From an uncultured delta proteobacterium (GTDB lineage Bacteria > Desulfobacterota > Syntrophia > Syntrophales > Smithellaceae): 64,000 nucleotides of DNA. The notes beneath the pieces were generated by a model that ran no database searches, had not been told where the DNA came from, and worked only from the letters and a program-made list of their open reading frames with translations. The stretch spans positions 64,001 through 128,000 of the forward strand of contig CAVWEH010000005.1 in NCBI GenBank assembly GCA_963753975.1. Reading direction: 5' to 3'. Below, piece after piece: positions 1 to 10,579 of the stretch (the stretch's first letter is position 1; each line of letters starts with the position of its first letter). The position numbers and the translations under genes were made by a program.

Positions 1-1
1 T

Positions 2-280
2 CCGGAAGAAGCTTTGTCTCTTTGCGAAAAAGGGGACACAACCGTGGACCTCGTTATAACGGATGTTGTAATGCCGGTAATGAACGGCAAAGAGTTAAGA
101 GATAAGCTGAGAGTCATCAGGCCGGCGATAAAAGTTCTTTTCGTGTCCGGCTACTCCTCCAATGTTGTAGTTCATCATGGAATACTGGAAGAAGGTGTGC
201 ATTTTCTCCAAAAGCCTTTCAGCATGAATGATCTCTCCCGCAAGATCAGCGAGGCGCTCGCCGGCAAGCGAAGCTATTAA
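2..280 (+). CDS. C-terminal receiver (REC) domain of a probable hybrid histidine kinase, 5'-truncated by the window edge
   Basis: DLVITDVVMPVMNG, VLFVSGY and FLQKPF are CheY-like motifs; the frame is open to the window start. Confidence 0.85.
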   Translation, partial: PEEALSLCEKGDTTVDLVITDVVMPVMNGKELRDKLRVIRPAIKVLFVSGYSSNVVVHHGILEEGVHFLQKPFSMNDLSRKISEALAGKRSY

Positions 281-529
281 ACTTGGGACCAGGTGGAGTC
301 AAATCTTTATTCTTGCCGAAGGCCTCTAGTACCACATTCAGATTTGCGGAACACGTATTGTAATTTTTCTATCAATAATCACTTAAGCAACATCTTTCGA
401 TGCGAACCTGTTGCAGGCAACATAGAGAACGCTCGTGCACTTCTTGTTGTTGATTGACTGATTTTAAAAAGTATGCAATATTACATCCAATTGATGTGCT
501 TCAATATCTTCAAATCACGGAGTGAAGAG

Positions 530-1381
530 ATGACGAGAAAATATTTACTGGTAATTGTTCTGTGTGCGGCGATGCTCATGGTTTCGGCGAGCAGCGGATT
601 CTCAGCTTCTCAACGAAACTCTTCAAACACTCCCGGTAAGCTTCATCTGCGCTCCGCCGCCGCGTTGGTGGCGGACCAAGAGACCGGCGAGTTCCTGATT
701 GAGAAACAAGCGACGGCGGTATTGCCGATCGCTTCCATCACTAAACTTATGACCGCCATGGTGGTGCTTGATGCCGGCATCAACCTTGAAGAATCGCTTA
801 CCATCGAGCAGGGAGATATGTTCGGCCTTCGCCGCCGCGCTCGCGCCCACCTGCCGGTAGGTACTGAGCTTTCGCGCAGAGATGCTCTGCTTATTGCGCT
901 TATGGCTTCCGATAATCGTTGTGCCCGCGCCTTGGGGCGCACATATCCGGGAGGCATCGATGCCTGTGTTGCCGCTATGAATGCCAAAGCCCAATCACTG
1001 GGACTTACCGAGACGCGCTTCGAAGACTCCACCGGACTCTCCAGCGGCAATGTCTCCTCCGCTCGGGACCTGGTGCGGCTTGTGAATGCCGCCTACCAAT
1101 ATAACCTTATCCGGGAATTCACCACCTGCAATAAGGCAAATATTTTTTTAGGCCGGCGCATAGTAAAATTCGGCAACACTAATCGTTTAATTCAGAGCCC
1201 CGGCTGGCAGATAGGCCTTTCTAAGACCGGCTTCATCGGAGCAGCAGGCCGATGCCTGGTGATGCAAGCCCATGTCGCCCAGCGTCCCTTAATTATTGTG
1301 CTGCTCGATTCTCATGGTAAGCTGACCCGCATAGGCGACGCCAACCGAATCAAACATTGGCTGGAAGGATTATCGCTGTAG
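530..1381 (+). CDS. pbpG: D-alanyl-D-alanine endopeptidase/carboxypeptidase (peptidase S11, PBP7-like)
   Basis: Signal peptide, SxxK (ASITKLMT), SDN and KTG motifs; ATG at 530 follows GGAG. Confidence 0.8.
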   Translation: MTRKYLLVIVLCAAMLMVSASSGFSASQRNSSNTPGKLHLRSAAALVADQETGEFLIEKQATAVLPIASITKLMTAMVVLDAGINLEESLTIEQGDMFGLRRRARAHLPVGTELSRRDALLIALMASDNRCARALGRTYPGGIDACVAAMNAKAQSLGLTETRFEDSTGLSSGNVSSARDLVRLVNAAYQYNLIREFTTCNKANIFLGRRIVKFGNTNRLIQSPGWQIGLSKTGFIGAAGRCLVMQAHVAQRPLIIVLLDSHGKLTRIGDANRIKHWLEGLSL

Positions 1382-1515
1382 CAGCGGGCGCGAAAAGCAG
1401 GGAAATTATGATCAGGTCTGTCTAGAAAAGCAACTTCCCCCCTCTACCGCAAATCATATTTGGGATCACGGGTTCTATGGAACCTTCCGCTTACCGATTC
1501 CAACGTATGACTCTT

Positions 1516-1898
1516 GTGACCTTTAGTTATGCATTCTGTTTCTGAAGTTTGGGTCTTATTACAATATAGTACCACTTGGCTTCGCACGTGGTATAATTTC
1601 CAATAGCCACCGGCTATTGGATACCACATTATGCTTTGCATAAAGGATAATTCCACTTGCGCTTCGAGCTTCACTTCATTCGCTCTTAGCGAGTGTCATT
1701 AATTCGGCTAAAAAACTTCAACGCGCCTATAGTGACCTTTAGGTTATTTGCTTTTGAAGTTTTAGTCTCATTACAACTGACAGATATTACTTCACTGCGT
1801 TTGTGGAGCACCTCTGTAAGGAGCCGAAGGCTATTTTCAAAGACGCGACATCCCGTAACGGGATAATATCCGAGTTTCATTAGAATTGGAGTTTCACA
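1516..1898 (+). repeat. Array of structured hairpin units: partial B (1516-1561), full A (1645-1701), full B (1700-1773), collapsed unit plus type C right end (1850-1898)
   Basis: Sequence matches to copies at 9.5, 12.7-12.9, 20.7 and 32.4-32.6 kb, e.g. GGATAATTCCACTTGCGCTTC..GCGAGTGTCATTA and GAATTGGAGTTTCAC. Confidence 0.85.
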
Positions 1899-2010
1899 AA
1901 AAATCATAGAAAAACAATACCATTTATTTTTGACAAAAGAATCCTGCGACATATATTACAGGAAAGGAGTTATGGCGCGTGTATAAAAAAAAGAGAAAGG
2001 AGAGAGCATT

Positions 2011-2454
2011 ATGATAAAAACATTTTTTGTTTTTAGTCTTGCCGTTTTGTTTGTAGGTTGCGCTGGTTCCCGCCCGGCGCGTCTGGGCGTCACGGATGGA
2101 AAATTTATCCCCTGCCCTGATTCCCCCAATTGCGTTTCCTCCCAATCTTCCGATAAGTCACATGCCATAGAACCTCTCTATTATAAAGGAAGCGCCTCTG
2201 AGGCCAGGGCTCGACTTCTGACCGCAATTAAGGGCATGAAGCGAGCAAATATCGTTACGGAGAAGGAGAATTATATTCATGCCGAGTTTGCTTCCGCCGT
2301 CTTTCGTTTTGTCGATGATGCAGAGTTTTACATCGATGATAGTCAAAAGGTAATCCATCTCCGGTCTGCCGCCCGCTTGGGGTATTCTGACTTCGGCGTG
2401 AATCGTCAGCGGATGGAAACGATCAGACAACTTTTTAACAGCCCATCGCCATAA
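2011..2454 (+). CDS. DUF1499 family lipoprotein
   Basis: Lipobox FVGC; CPDSPNCVSSQ, FVDDAEF and RSAARLGYSDFGVNRQR motifs. Confidence 0.85.
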   Translation: MIKTFFVFSLAVLFVGCAGSRPARLGVTDGKFIPCPDSPNCVSSQSSDKSHAIEPLYYKGSASEARARLLTAIKGMKRANIVTEKENYIHAEFASAVFRFVDDAEFYIDDSQKVIHLRSAARLGYSDFGVNRQRMETIRQLFNSPSP

Positions 2455-2471
2455 CGGCCGACGGTGATTTT

Positions 2472-2807
2472 TTGAGTAGGAAACCATTGGAGAGGGAATA
2501 CAAAACAATTGAGGCAATGATTGGCCTTTCCTGCCGGGAACGCCACGGCACAAACGAGGGTGAGCTTTGTCCAGCGTGTCAGGAACTTTTAGCTTATGCA
2601 AAAGCCCGTCTCGATAAATGCCTTTATCGGGAAAATAAGCCCACATGCGCCAAATGTCCTATTCACTGCTACAAACCGGCGATGAGGGAACGCATTCGCG
2701 AAGTGATGCGCTATGCCGGGCCGTGCATGCTTAGGCGTCATCCTGTTCTCGCTATCCGCCATTTACTGGACGGCTGGAAAACAATACCCCGCCCACCTAA
2801 GGGTTGA
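2472..2807 (+). CDS. YgbA / nitrous-oxide-stimulated promoter family Cys-rich protein
   Basis: LCPACQELLAYA..RLDKC..KPTCAKCPIHCYKP..VMRYAGP. Confidence 0.85.
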   Translation: MSRKPLEREYKTIEAMIGLSCRERHGTNEGELCPACQELLAYAKARLDKCLYRENKPTCAKCPIHCYKPAMRERIREVMRYAGPCMLRRHPVLAIRHLLDGWKTIPRPPKG

Positions 2808-2902
2808 ACCGTAAAATTGATTATGGTATAAAAATACCGCTAGTTTATTTCAGTATTGCGAATTGATGCCCCGAAAATAAAAATTGAGGAGGTGTAGGCG
2901 CG

Positions 2903-3265
2903 ATGACAGATGAAACCAAGAAAAAAGAACAGCACGACGAGATACATCTGGAAAAATTGACAATCAAGGAACTGCGGGAAATTGCCGCGGAGTTTCCCCA
3001 TGAAAAGGCGATCCTCGACATGAAGAAAGAAGAAATTATCTCCTTCATCAAGGAAGCCCGGGGCATCAAAGAAGAAACGCCCGTTAAGAAAAAGAAGAAG
3101 GGCGTAAAAATTAAGATGACCAAGGTGGAGCTGAAAGCCAAGATTCGTGAATTGAAAGGATTAAGATTGAAGGCGCTCGAGGAGAAGGATAGTAAAAAAG
3201 CCATACTCCTGCGGCACCATGTCAGCCGGCTAAAGAAACTATCAAGACGAGTTACCGCGGCCTGA
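2903..3265 (+). CDS. Basic hypothetical protein with Rho-N-terminal-like helical motif
   Basis: Strong RBS (GAGGAGG); LEKLTIKELREIA..MKKEEII pattern; Lys-rich. Confidence 0.6.
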   Translation: MTDETKKKEQHDEIHLEKLTIKELREIAAEFPHEKAILDMKKEEIISFIKEARGIKEETPVKKKKKGVKIKMTKVELKAKIRELKGLRLKALEEKDSKKAILLRHHVSRLKKLSRRVTAA

Positions 3266-3363
3266 ATCCAAGCAAGATACTCCAGACGAAGTCATTCTCC
3301 AACGCATAGATGTATTAAAGATCAAATTGAGCAAAAAAAGCATCATTTAAAAGGAGGAAAAAC

Positions 3364-3867
3364 ATGGAAGGAAAAACAATACGTGAGAGCACTATTATCA
3401 TGGCCCAGCTGATGAATCCTCAGGATGCAAATCCTGCCGGAAACGTCCATGGCGGAGTCATCATGAGGCTTATTGATAATGCGGCCGGTTGCGCGGCTTG
3501 CCGCCACTCGAGGTCCAATGTCGTTACGGCCTCCATTGACCGGATGGATTTCCATAATCCCGTTTTTGTGGGAGACCTTGTGACCCTGAGGGCCAGCTTA
3601 AACTTTGTCGGAAAAACGTCAATGGAACTCGGTGTCCGGGTGGAGGCGGAAAATCTCATTACCGGTCGGAGACGCCATACGGCATCCGCCTATTTGACTT
3701 TTGTAGCCCTGGACAAAAATGGCCGCCCCCTGCCTTTATCTCCCCTGGTTGTCGAGACAGACGAAGAGAAGCGGCGAAACCAGGAGGCTAAAGACAGACG
3801 CAAGGCAAGGCTCGCGGAAAAAACAAAAGAAAAACAATGCCAGGCTGATGCGAATTGCGCTGTATAG
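3364..3867 (+). CDS. Acyl-CoA thioesterase (hotdog fold, YciA-like)
   Basis: DANPAGNVHGG, VVTASID and TFVALD motifs. Confidence 0.9.
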   Translation: MEGKTIRESTIIMAQLMNPQDANPAGNVHGGVIMRLIDNAAGCAACRHSRSNVVTASIDRMDFHNPVFVGDLVTLRASLNFVGKTSMELGVRVEAENLITGRRRHTASAYLTFVALDKNGRPLPLSPLVVETDEEKRRNQEAKDRRKARLAEKTKEKQCQADANCAV

Positions 3868-3897
3868 AGGAAAATAAAGGAGAGTTAGAAAAAATTA

Positions 3898-4137
3898 TTA
3901 TCCTCCGTACATCACATGGAAAAGGTTTAAGAGCGATCCATTGACTAGCTTTTCCTCCAATGGCAAAATGCGGCCTTCCATGATTACCGTTGCACCCGGA
4001 GAGGTTGGTATTCCCAATAGGGCCAAAAGATCGGCCGTTTTCGACCCTTCGGGAATATCCATTTCCAGACCCTTATCAGGCCTATAATCAGGTATTTTTC
4101 TTTTCAACTCCCCAAACAATTTTACCGTGATCTTCAT
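3898..4137 (-). CDS. MoaD/ThiS family ubiquitin-like sulfur carrier
   Basis: 79 aa ending in GG; directly downstream of an AOR gene. Confidence 0.85.
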   Translation of the reverse strand: MKITVKLFGELKRKIPDYRPDKGLEMDIPEGSKTADLLALLGIPTSPGATVIMEGRILPLEEKLVNGSLLNLFHVMYGG

Positions 4138-4149
4138 CCCCAAGACTCA

Positions 4150-5868
4150 TCAGAAAGAAAAAGTGGTATCCATTTCGACATCGGTAACTGTAAACACCGT
4201 GTTATGAGGCGGCAGAGCTTCTTTATAGAAAAATTCGGGAAGCCGGTCATCCTTGTTGGTGAAGCCCGCTCTGCGGTTAAATTCTCTTTCCGCCTGCAGA
4301 GTGCGAACTCCCAAATGGCCAATGGCATCGGGGCCAAGCGGCGTGCCCAATTTAGCGCCAAGCGCTTTAAGAAATGCTGCGCCTGCTTCCGGCGCTTCCA
4401 GGGCGACAGCCGCCAGGATACAAAGACCGATGCTATCCATAGCAGCCATAGCGATCTGGGCATTGCGCGAGGCCTTGACCTGTCCTGCGGGTTTAAGAGG
4501 ATCGAGCTTTCCGGCCATATATTGACCAATGACGTTTCCGGCCGTATGGTCGGCGCCCATGGGCGAGGTGGCATAGGTAACGCCGTTTCCCTGCATGGCT
4601 CTCGGGTCATAGGCGGCAATGCTCTGATTCTTAACCGCCGGAATCCGGAGATGGTTGAAACGGCGACCGACAGCCGCCGGACCGTCTCCCAGCACCTTGC
4701 CCATTTCCGTGCCACGGCCTATCTCTTCCAGCATTCCGATTGCGGCCTGACTATCCTCAAATTTCTTGTATCCCGCATCCATGGCCACGGCCAAAGCAAC
4801 GCCGGTGTTCATGGTATCGAGTCCGATGTCGTCGCAGAGAAAATCCAGGCGGGCGATGGTATCCAGATCTTTTATTCCAGTCATGCCGCCAAAGGCCCAG
4901 ATCGTCTCGTATTCAAGGGAGGAGGTAAGATATTTTCCCTGTTTATCCATAAACACATTGGAGCAATGGATAATGCATTGGGCGCAACCCATGTGGCCGG
5001 GACCGCCGCCCCGCTCCTTCATGATCTTGGTCAGGTTTTCTCCGCTGATATTTTCCCAACCGGGAAGAACTCCTTTGGTGGCATTATAACTGGGGAAGGC
5101 GCCCATAGAATTTACCGCGGCCACTAATCCGGCAGTTCCCAGGTTCGGCAAAAACTGGCCGCTGAACGGATTTTCTTTAACTTTAAGGGCAAAGATTTTG
5201 GCGGCTTCCTTAAAGGCCTCCGGATCGGCAATCACATCGGGATTCTTCCCGCGCCGATCCACGACCAGGGCTTTCAAACCCTTAGAACCCATAACCGCTC
5301 CCAGCCCTCCGCGCCCCGCCGCCCGGCAGGGGTGATCGTCAACATCCGAGGATTGAATGGAAGCGGATTTCATAAGATATTCACCGGCCGGGCCGATGCC
5401 CATGACGGAAGTCCTGTTTCCATAGGTTTTGATTAATTTATCCACCAAACTATAGGTGCGCATTCCTTTGTATTCCTTGGCCTCTATGAGGCTGGCCTGG
5501 CCGTTTTCATCAATCCGCAGGATAAACATTTCCCCCTTAGCGGCCTGACCTTCGACAACGATTGCTGTAATCCCTAGGTGTCCCAAAGCGGCGGCGATGG
5601 TGCCTCCGGCATTGCTTTCTTTGATGGTGCCAGTCAAAGGACTTTTAGCGCCTACAGAAAGCCTGCTGGTATTAACCAGATTCGTTCCGCTTAAAAGCCC
5701 GGGGGCAAAAATAAGCTTATTTTCCGGGCCTAAGGGGTTGCATTTCGGCGGCACTTCGGCGTTGATCATAGTTGAGGTCAAGCTCCTGCCTCCCAGACCG
5801 AGATAAGGCTTAGGCACATCTTCAACGCGAATACTCTTCCGCGACATATCGACTCTTATGAATTTCAT
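4150..5868 (-). CDS. aor: Aldehyde:ferredoxin oxidoreductase family protein (W/Mo-pterin)
   Basis: KSPLTG..ESNAGG, GRGGLGAVMGSK, CxxCxxxC, EYET, CDDIGLD, YDPR and GADH motifs; ATG at 5868 follows AAGGAG. Confidence 0.92.
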   Translation of the reverse strand: MKFIRVDMSRKSIRVEDVPKPYLGLGGRSLTSTMINAEVPPKCNPLGPENKLIFAPGLLSGTNLVNTSRLSVGAKSPLTGTIKESNAGGTIAAALGHLGITAIVVEGQAAKGEMFILRIDENGQASLIEAKEYKGMRTYSLVDKLIKTYGNRTSVMGIGPAGEYLMKSASIQSSDVDDHPCRAAGRGGLGAVMGSKGLKALVVDRRGKNPDVIADPEAFKEAAKIFALKVKENPFSGQFLPNLGTAGLVAAVNSMGAFPSYNATKGVLPGWENISGENLTKIMKERGGGPGHMGCAQCIIHCSNVFMDKQGKYLTSSLEYETIWAFGGMTGIKDLDTIARLDFLCDDIGLDTMNTGVALAVAMDAGYKKFEDSQAAIGMLEEIGRGTEMGKVLGDGPAAVGRRFNHLRIPAVKNQSIAAYDPRAMQGNGVTYATSPMGADHTAGNVIGQYMAGKLDPLKPAGQVKASRNAQIAMAAMDSIGLCILAAVALEAPEAGAAFLKALGAKLGTPLGPDAIGHLGVRTLQAEREFNRRAGFTNKDDRLPEFFYKEALPPHNTVFTVTDVEMDTTFSF

Positions 5869-6060
5869 GGCTTTCTCCTTTTTGCCGGGATTTGTTACTA
5901 CCCAATTCCGCGTAAGAACAATCAACGGACTGCTATAACCAAAAACATGCACATTTGATAAGCGGACAGCTTTTTGACTGTATGCTTATTATAATAAGAA
6001 TATAAAGCAAACACAAAGGGTGTCAAGGAGAAAACATCTGACCCATTTAAGGAATGAGAA

Positions 6061-6855
6061 TCATCGAAGAGCGTCTTTAATTTCACGTCCGTATTTAGAA
6101 ACAATTTCTATCAAATTGTTATTGTTTTTGTTTTCATCAATCAAGCGGACGACGGCGCTGCCGATGACAATCCCGTCGGCAAAACGCGCGATTTCGCTTG
6201 CCTGTTTCGGATTCGAAATACCGAATCCTACCGCCAGGGGCAATTTCGTGATCTTCCTGATTTTGCTTACTTCCTGTTTGATATCTTCAATTTTGGGGGC
6301 GGCCGTTCCGGTGACGCCGGTAATGGAAATATAATAAAGAAATCCTGCGGCCTCGGCGGCAATCAAGCGCAATCTTGCCATCCCGGTTGTCGGGGCGACA
6401 AGAGAAATAAAATCAATGCTATGAGCGTCGGTATATTTTCTCAATTCCTGCGCTTCTTCGTGCGGCAGGTCAACCACCAGAACACCGTCCACACCGGCCG
6501 TTTCTGCCGCTTGGGCAAACTTTTTTGTTCCATAGGCAAAAATAGGATTGTAGTAGCCAAAGAGCACGATCGGAACCGGCGAAGTTTCCCGGATAGCGGA
6601 GACCAAATCCAGCACACTTTGCAGAGTTGTTCCCGCCTTTAGCGCCCGCTGTGACGCCGCTTGAATTACCGGGCCATCGGCTGTCGGATCGGAAAAGGGA
6701 ACGCCGATTTCCAGAATGTCGACCCCCGCAGCGGCTAAGCTCAAAATCAATTCTTTCGTTACGGCAAGTGAAGGATCACCTGCCGTTAAATACACGATCA
6801 GCGCTTTTTCATTCCTTTCGCGCAACAGGTTAAATTTTTCAGTAATTCGCCCCAT
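6061..6855 (-). CDS. trpA: Tryptophan synthase alpha chain
   Basis: [21 protein letters not shown] and VGFGIS motifs. Confidence 0.97.
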   Translation of the reverse strand: MGRITEKFNLLRERNEKALIVYLTAGDPSLAVTKELILSLAAAGVDILEIGVPFSDPTADGPVIQAASQRALKAGTTLQSVLDLVSAIRETSPVPIVLFGYYNPIFAYGTKKFAQAAETAGVDGVLVVDLPHEEAQELRKYTDAHSIDFISLVAPTTGMARLRLIAAEAAGFLYYISITGVTGTAAPKIEDIKQEVSKIRKITKLPLAVGFGISNPKQASEIARFADGIVIGSAVVRLIDENKNNNNLIEIVSKYGREIKDALR

Positions 6856-6857
6856 GC

Positions 6858-8048
6858 CTATATGACTCCCATCTCAGCAATTGTTTGTGCGTCTTTATCT
6901 CCCCTGCCGGAAAGACAAATAACGATGATTTTATTTTTGGCCATTTCGGGCGCTATCTTCATGGTATAGGCAACCGCGTGCGCGCTCTCCAACGCGGGAA
7001 TAATGCCTTCGTTCTCGGATAAAAAGGAAAAAGCCTCGATTGCTTCTTTATCGGTTACAGTCACGTATTTAATTTGTTTTGTTGTATGGAAATAAGCATG
7101 TTCGGGGCCGACTCCCGGATAATCTAAGCCCGCAGCAATCGAATATGCGTCGCGCACCTGTCCATGCTCATCCTGCAAAAGATAAGTTTTGTTTCCGTGC
7201 AAAACACCCACCTTCCCCGCATTGATGCTGGCTGAATGCTTGCTTGTATTCAGGCCGTGACCTGCCGCTTCGACTCCGTACATGGCGATTTTCTTTTCTC
7301 CGCGGAAGGGATAAAAAAGCCCCATCGCGTTACTGCCGCCGCCCACGCAGGCAACTAAAATATCCGGGTTCCTGCCTTCCATTTTTTGGATTTGTTTTTT
7401 CGTCTCCCGGCCGATGACCGATTGAAAGTCGCGCACCATCTGCGGATACGGATGCGGTCCGGCTGTTGTGCCGATGATATAGAAGGTATCACGAACACTG
7501 GACACCCAGTAGCGCATGGCTTCGTTCATCGCGTCTTTGAGCGTCGCCGTGCCGCTTTTCACGGGAACGACTTCGGCACCCAATATTTTCATGCGAAAAA
7601 CATTGGGCGCCTGACGGCGGATATCTTCCTCTCCCATAAATATTTTGCATTCCATACCAAAGAGCGCCGCAACTGTTGCCGTCGCCACACCATGCTGTCC
7701 CGCGCCGGTTTCCGCAATGACTTTTTTCTTCCCCATCCGGCGGGCTAGGAGCGCCTGCCCTAGCGTATTGTTTATTTTGTGCGAGCCGGTATGATTCAAA
7801 TCTTCCCGTTTCAGATAAATTTTAGCCCCGCCCAACGCTCTTGTCATACGCTTGGCAAAATAAAGCGGAGTTTCGCGTCCCGCATAGTCTTTCCGATAAT
7901 AGGCAAATTCTTTTTGAAAGGATTTATCTTTCTTTGCCGCGGTATATGCTTTTTCTAAATCGAGTAGCGCGGGCATTAATGTCTCGGCGGTATAGCGTCC
8001 GCCGAAAATGCCGAAGTGTCCGTTTTCATCCGGTAGAGCGTCTTTCAT
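6858..8048 (-). CDS. trpB: Tryptophan synthase beta chain
   Basis: [23 protein letters not shown] and [11 protein letters not shown] motifs. Confidence 0.98.
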   Translation of the reverse strand: MKDALPDENGHFGIFGGRYTAETLMPALLDLEKAYTAAKKDKSFQKEFAYYRKDYAGRETPLYFAKRMTRALGGAKIYLKREDLNHTGSHKINNTLGQALLARRMGKKKVIAETGAGQHGVATATVAALFGMECKIFMGEEDIRRQAPNVFRMKILGAEVVPVKSGTATLKDAMNEAMRYWVSSVRDTFYIIGTTAGPHPYPQMVRDFQSVIGRETKKQIQKMEGRNPDILVACVGGGSNAMGLFYPFRGEKKIAMYGVEAAGHGLNTSKHSASINAGKVGVLHGNKTYLLQDEHGQVRDAYSIAAGLDYPGVGPEHAYFHTTKQIKYVTVTDKEAIEAFSFLSENEGIIPALESAHAVAYTMKIAPEMAKNKIIVICLSGRGDKDAQTIAEMGVI

Positions 8049-8707
8049 ATTTTCCTCTTCGCAAAAATTAATGGTGCATCGTCGGTCTTAGAACTTACCT
8101 CATGCACAATATCGAATAGCTTGGCCAGTTTCCCCTGATCTTTTTTGCCGGGGGATTTTTCCACGCCGCTGTTAATATCCAGCGCATGAGGCGCAATTTT
8201 TTCCATTGCTTCTCTTATATTCTCCGCGTCTAAACCACCGGAAAGGATCAGCGGCTTTTTATTTTTGATGCGCGAGGCCAGATCCCAATTCGCTTTCTTG
8301 CCGGTGCCGCCGTAAAGACCGCGCTCTCGGCTGTCCACCAATATAGCTGCTGCATCGTAGCTCAAAGCATGATTCAAATCGTCGTCATTTTTTAGCTGAA
8401 CGGCTTTAATGACCTGCGCTGCCGGAAATTGAAAGCAGTACTCTGGCGATTCATTGCCGTGCAGCTGAACAAAATCAAGCCCGCAATATTTGACGACTCT
8501 TTTCACTTCTGCGGCATTCTCGTCGACAAAGACGCCGACCTTCGCTACCTCATCCGGCAGCATACTAACGATCTTGCGGGCATCCTCAGGTTTTATATAG
8601 CGCGGCGAGCGCAGATAAAAGATAAAACCCAGCGCAGCAGCACCTAATATAGCCGAGCAAAGAGCGTCCTCTTCATTGGTTATTCCACAAATTTTAATTT
8701 GTGTCAT
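8045..8707 (-). CDS. trpF: Phosphoribosylanthranilate isomerase
   Basis: KICGIT, QLHGNE, GGTG and LSGGL motifs. Confidence 0.95.
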   Translation of the reverse strand: MTQIKICGITNEEDALCSAILGAAALGFIFYLRSPRYIKPEDARKIVSMLPDEVAKVGVFVDENAAEVKRVVKYCGLDFVQLHGNESPEYCFQFPAAQVIKAVQLKNDDDLNHALSYDAAAILVDSRERGLYGGTGKKANWDLASRIKNKKPLILSGGLDAENIREAMEKIAPHALDINSGVEKSPGKKDQGKLAKLFDIVHEVSSKTDDAPLIFAKRKI

Positions 8708-9483
8708 TTCGGCTTTTTTCCTTTAAACGCATGCAGCTTTTCCCCTATATCCGCTGCTGTAATCAGCGCTTCACCGATCAAGAAAGCATGGATATTTGCC
8801 TGCAGCAAAAATTCTATGTCTGCTCTCGACATAATGCCGCTTTCGGCCACGACAATTTTGTGAGCGGGAATTTGCGCCCCAAGCTTGCGGCTGGTTTCTA
8901 TATCGGTAACGAACGTATCCAGGTTTCTGTTATTGATCCCGATTATCTGGGCACCGGCGGATAGGGCCGAATCCAGCTCCGCTTTCGTGTGCACTTCTAC
9001 AAGCGCACTTAATCCAATTTCCTTAGCCAATAACATAAAGTCCCGCAACTTGGCCCCTAAAACATGCGCAATCAATAAAACGGCATCAGCGCCGATGGTG
9101 CGCGTTTCATAAATCTGTATGGGATCAATTATAAAATCTTTCCGCAGGAGGGGCAGCCCGACTTCTTTTCTGATTTGGGTCAGATAATTTTTATGCCCGG
9201 CGAAATATTTTTCGTCGGTCAAAACAGATATAGCGGCAGCACCGTTTTTTTCATAAACGCGGGCAATTCTAACCGGATCGAAATCGTCAATGAACGTGCC
9301 CCGGGAAGGCGAGGCGCATTTCACTTCGGCTATGATCGCGCACTTCTTTGCGCTAAGCGCGCGGCGGAAATCCCGGCACGGCGGGAGCCCTGCAATTGCT
9401 TTTTCCAAAAGGGCTGCGTTCGTTTGCTTTTTTAGCTCCCGCACTTCGGTTTTCTTGGTTTTAATAATTTTGTCGAGAATCAT
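8704..9483 (-). CDS. trpC: Indole-3-glycerol phosphate synthase
   Basis: IAEVKCASPSRG, LRKDF, GINNRNL and ESGI motifs. Confidence 0.96.
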   Translation of the reverse strand: MILDKIIKTKKTEVRELKKQTNAALLEKAIAGLPPCRDFRRALSAKKCAIIAEVKCASPSRGTFIDDFDPVRIARVYEKNGAAAISVLTDEKYFAGHKNYLTQIRKEVGLPLLRKDFIIDPIQIYETRTIGADAVLLIAHVLGAKLRDFMLLAKEIGLSALVEVHTKAELDSALSAGAQIIGINNRNLDTFVTDIETSRKLGAQIPAHKIVVAESGIMSRADIEFLLQANIHAFLIGEALITAADIGEKLHAFKGKKPK

Positions 9484-9489
9484 ATCTTC

Positions 9490-9571
9490 CTCATCCCGCG
9501 TCGCTTCGCTCCTGGGATAATTCGACCAGCAAGCTTCAGCGCACTTTGTTTCTGAAGCTTGGGTCTCATTA
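9490..9571 (+). repeat. Single type B hairpin unit between trpD and trpC, bounded by CTCAT direct repeats
   Basis: ATCCC..GGGAT short hairpin, then TAAT-TC-GACC-AG-CAAGCTTCAG-loop-CTGAAGCTTG-GGTC-TC-ATTA; CTCAT at 9490-9494 and 9565-9569. Confidence 0.9.
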
Positions 9572-10579
9572 ACTGTTGCTCATTTCAATTAGCGCTTGTA
9601 ATTTCTTTACCGCCGCGCCGCTGTCGATGCATTCGGCCGCAATCGCGATTCCTTCTTTTAAGTTTTCTGCCTTTTCTCCGGCAACGATCGCCAAAGCAGC
9701 GTTCAGCAAAACAATGTTGCGGCAAGCGCCGTTTTTCCCGGAAAGAACATCTCTGGCAATCCGGGCATTCAGGGCCGGATCGCCGCCACGAATGGCTTCC
9801 AGCGGATCAATTCTCCCAAAATAGTCCGTCGGATTAATGTTGTAGGTTCGAATAATTCCGTCTTTTAGTTCCGCCACGCGTGTTTCGCTGCTTATCGTGA
9901 CTTCGTCCAAGCCATCCAAGCCATGAACAATGAAAGCTCTTTTCGTACCCATATTTTTCAACACATCGGCGAACATCTCGGCGAGTTTCGTATCATAAAC
10001 GCCCAGAAGCTGCGCGGTTGCTCCGGCCGGATTAGTGAGCGGCCCCAGCATATTAAATATGGTGCGAATACCGATTTCGCGCCGCGGGCCAATGGCGTAT
10101 TTCATCGCGCCGTGGAGTTTCGGCGCAAAAAGAAAGCCGATGCCGATTTGTTGTAGGCATTCTTCGACAATTTCCTGAGGCGCGCTGATATTAACGCCTA
10201 AGGCTTCCAGAACATCGGCACTGCCGCAGCCGCTGGATACGGCACGATTGCCGTGCTTGGCCACAACAATTCCCGCCGCTGCAGCAACGAAAGCTGTCGT
10301 CGTCGATATATTGAAGGTATTTAGGGAATCGCCCCCCGTGCCGCAGGTATCCAAGATCGTGGTCGCGCAGGCATTCACCCGCGTTGCTTTCTGGCGCATG
10401 ATGCGCGCCGCGCCGGTCACTTCCTCCACAGTTTCGCCTTTCATCCGCAATGCTGTAATCAAAGCGGCAATTTGTGCGGGAGTAGCGCTGCCTTCCATAA
10501 TTTCTTCCATCGCCGCCATCATTTCTGCTTCGCGTAGATCGATTTTTTTAACGGCTTTTTCAATCGCTTCTTTGATCAT
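9569..10579 (-). CDS. trpD: Anthranilate phosphoribosyltransferase
   Basis: [14 protein letters not shown] and KHGNRAVSS motifs; true start MIKEAI overlaps the trpG stop. Confidence 0.96.
   Translation of the reverse strand: MIKEAIEKAVKKIDLREAEMMAAMEEIMEGSATPAQIAALITALRMKGETVEEVTGAARIMRQKATRVNACATTILDTCGTGGDSLNTFNISTTTAFVAAAAGIVVAKHGNRAVSSGCGSADVLEALGVNISAPQEIVEECLQQIGIGFLFAPKLHGAMKYAIGPRREIGIRTIFNMLGPLTNPAGATAQLLGVYDTKLAEMFADVLKNMGTKRAFIVHGLDGLDEVTISSETRVAELKDGIIRTYNINPTDYFGRIDPLEAIRGGDPALNARIARDVLSGKNGACRNIVLLNAALAIVAGEKAENLKEGIAIAAECIDSGAAVKKLQALIEMSNS

Noticed and set aside
1516..1898. CRISPR array interpretation of the repeated units (also 12691-12928 and 32440-32603)
   Set aside because: No constant-length identical repeats with unique spacers, units are long heterogeneous hairpins, and no cas genes are present.
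1444..1952. ORFs 1444-1674 and 1686-1952 (likewise 12733-13026 and 32365-32634)
   Set aside because: They run through the repeat arrays, have no recognisable motifs and are probably spurious.
4204..5127. Long antisense ORFs over aor (and similar ones over rarA, ppdK and the dehydrogenases)
   Set aside because: Shadow frames of well-supported genes on the opposite strand.
9490..9571. Canonical integron attC site
   Set aside because: Lacks RYYYAAC/GTTRRRY ends and no integrase is in the window; only the architecture is analogous.
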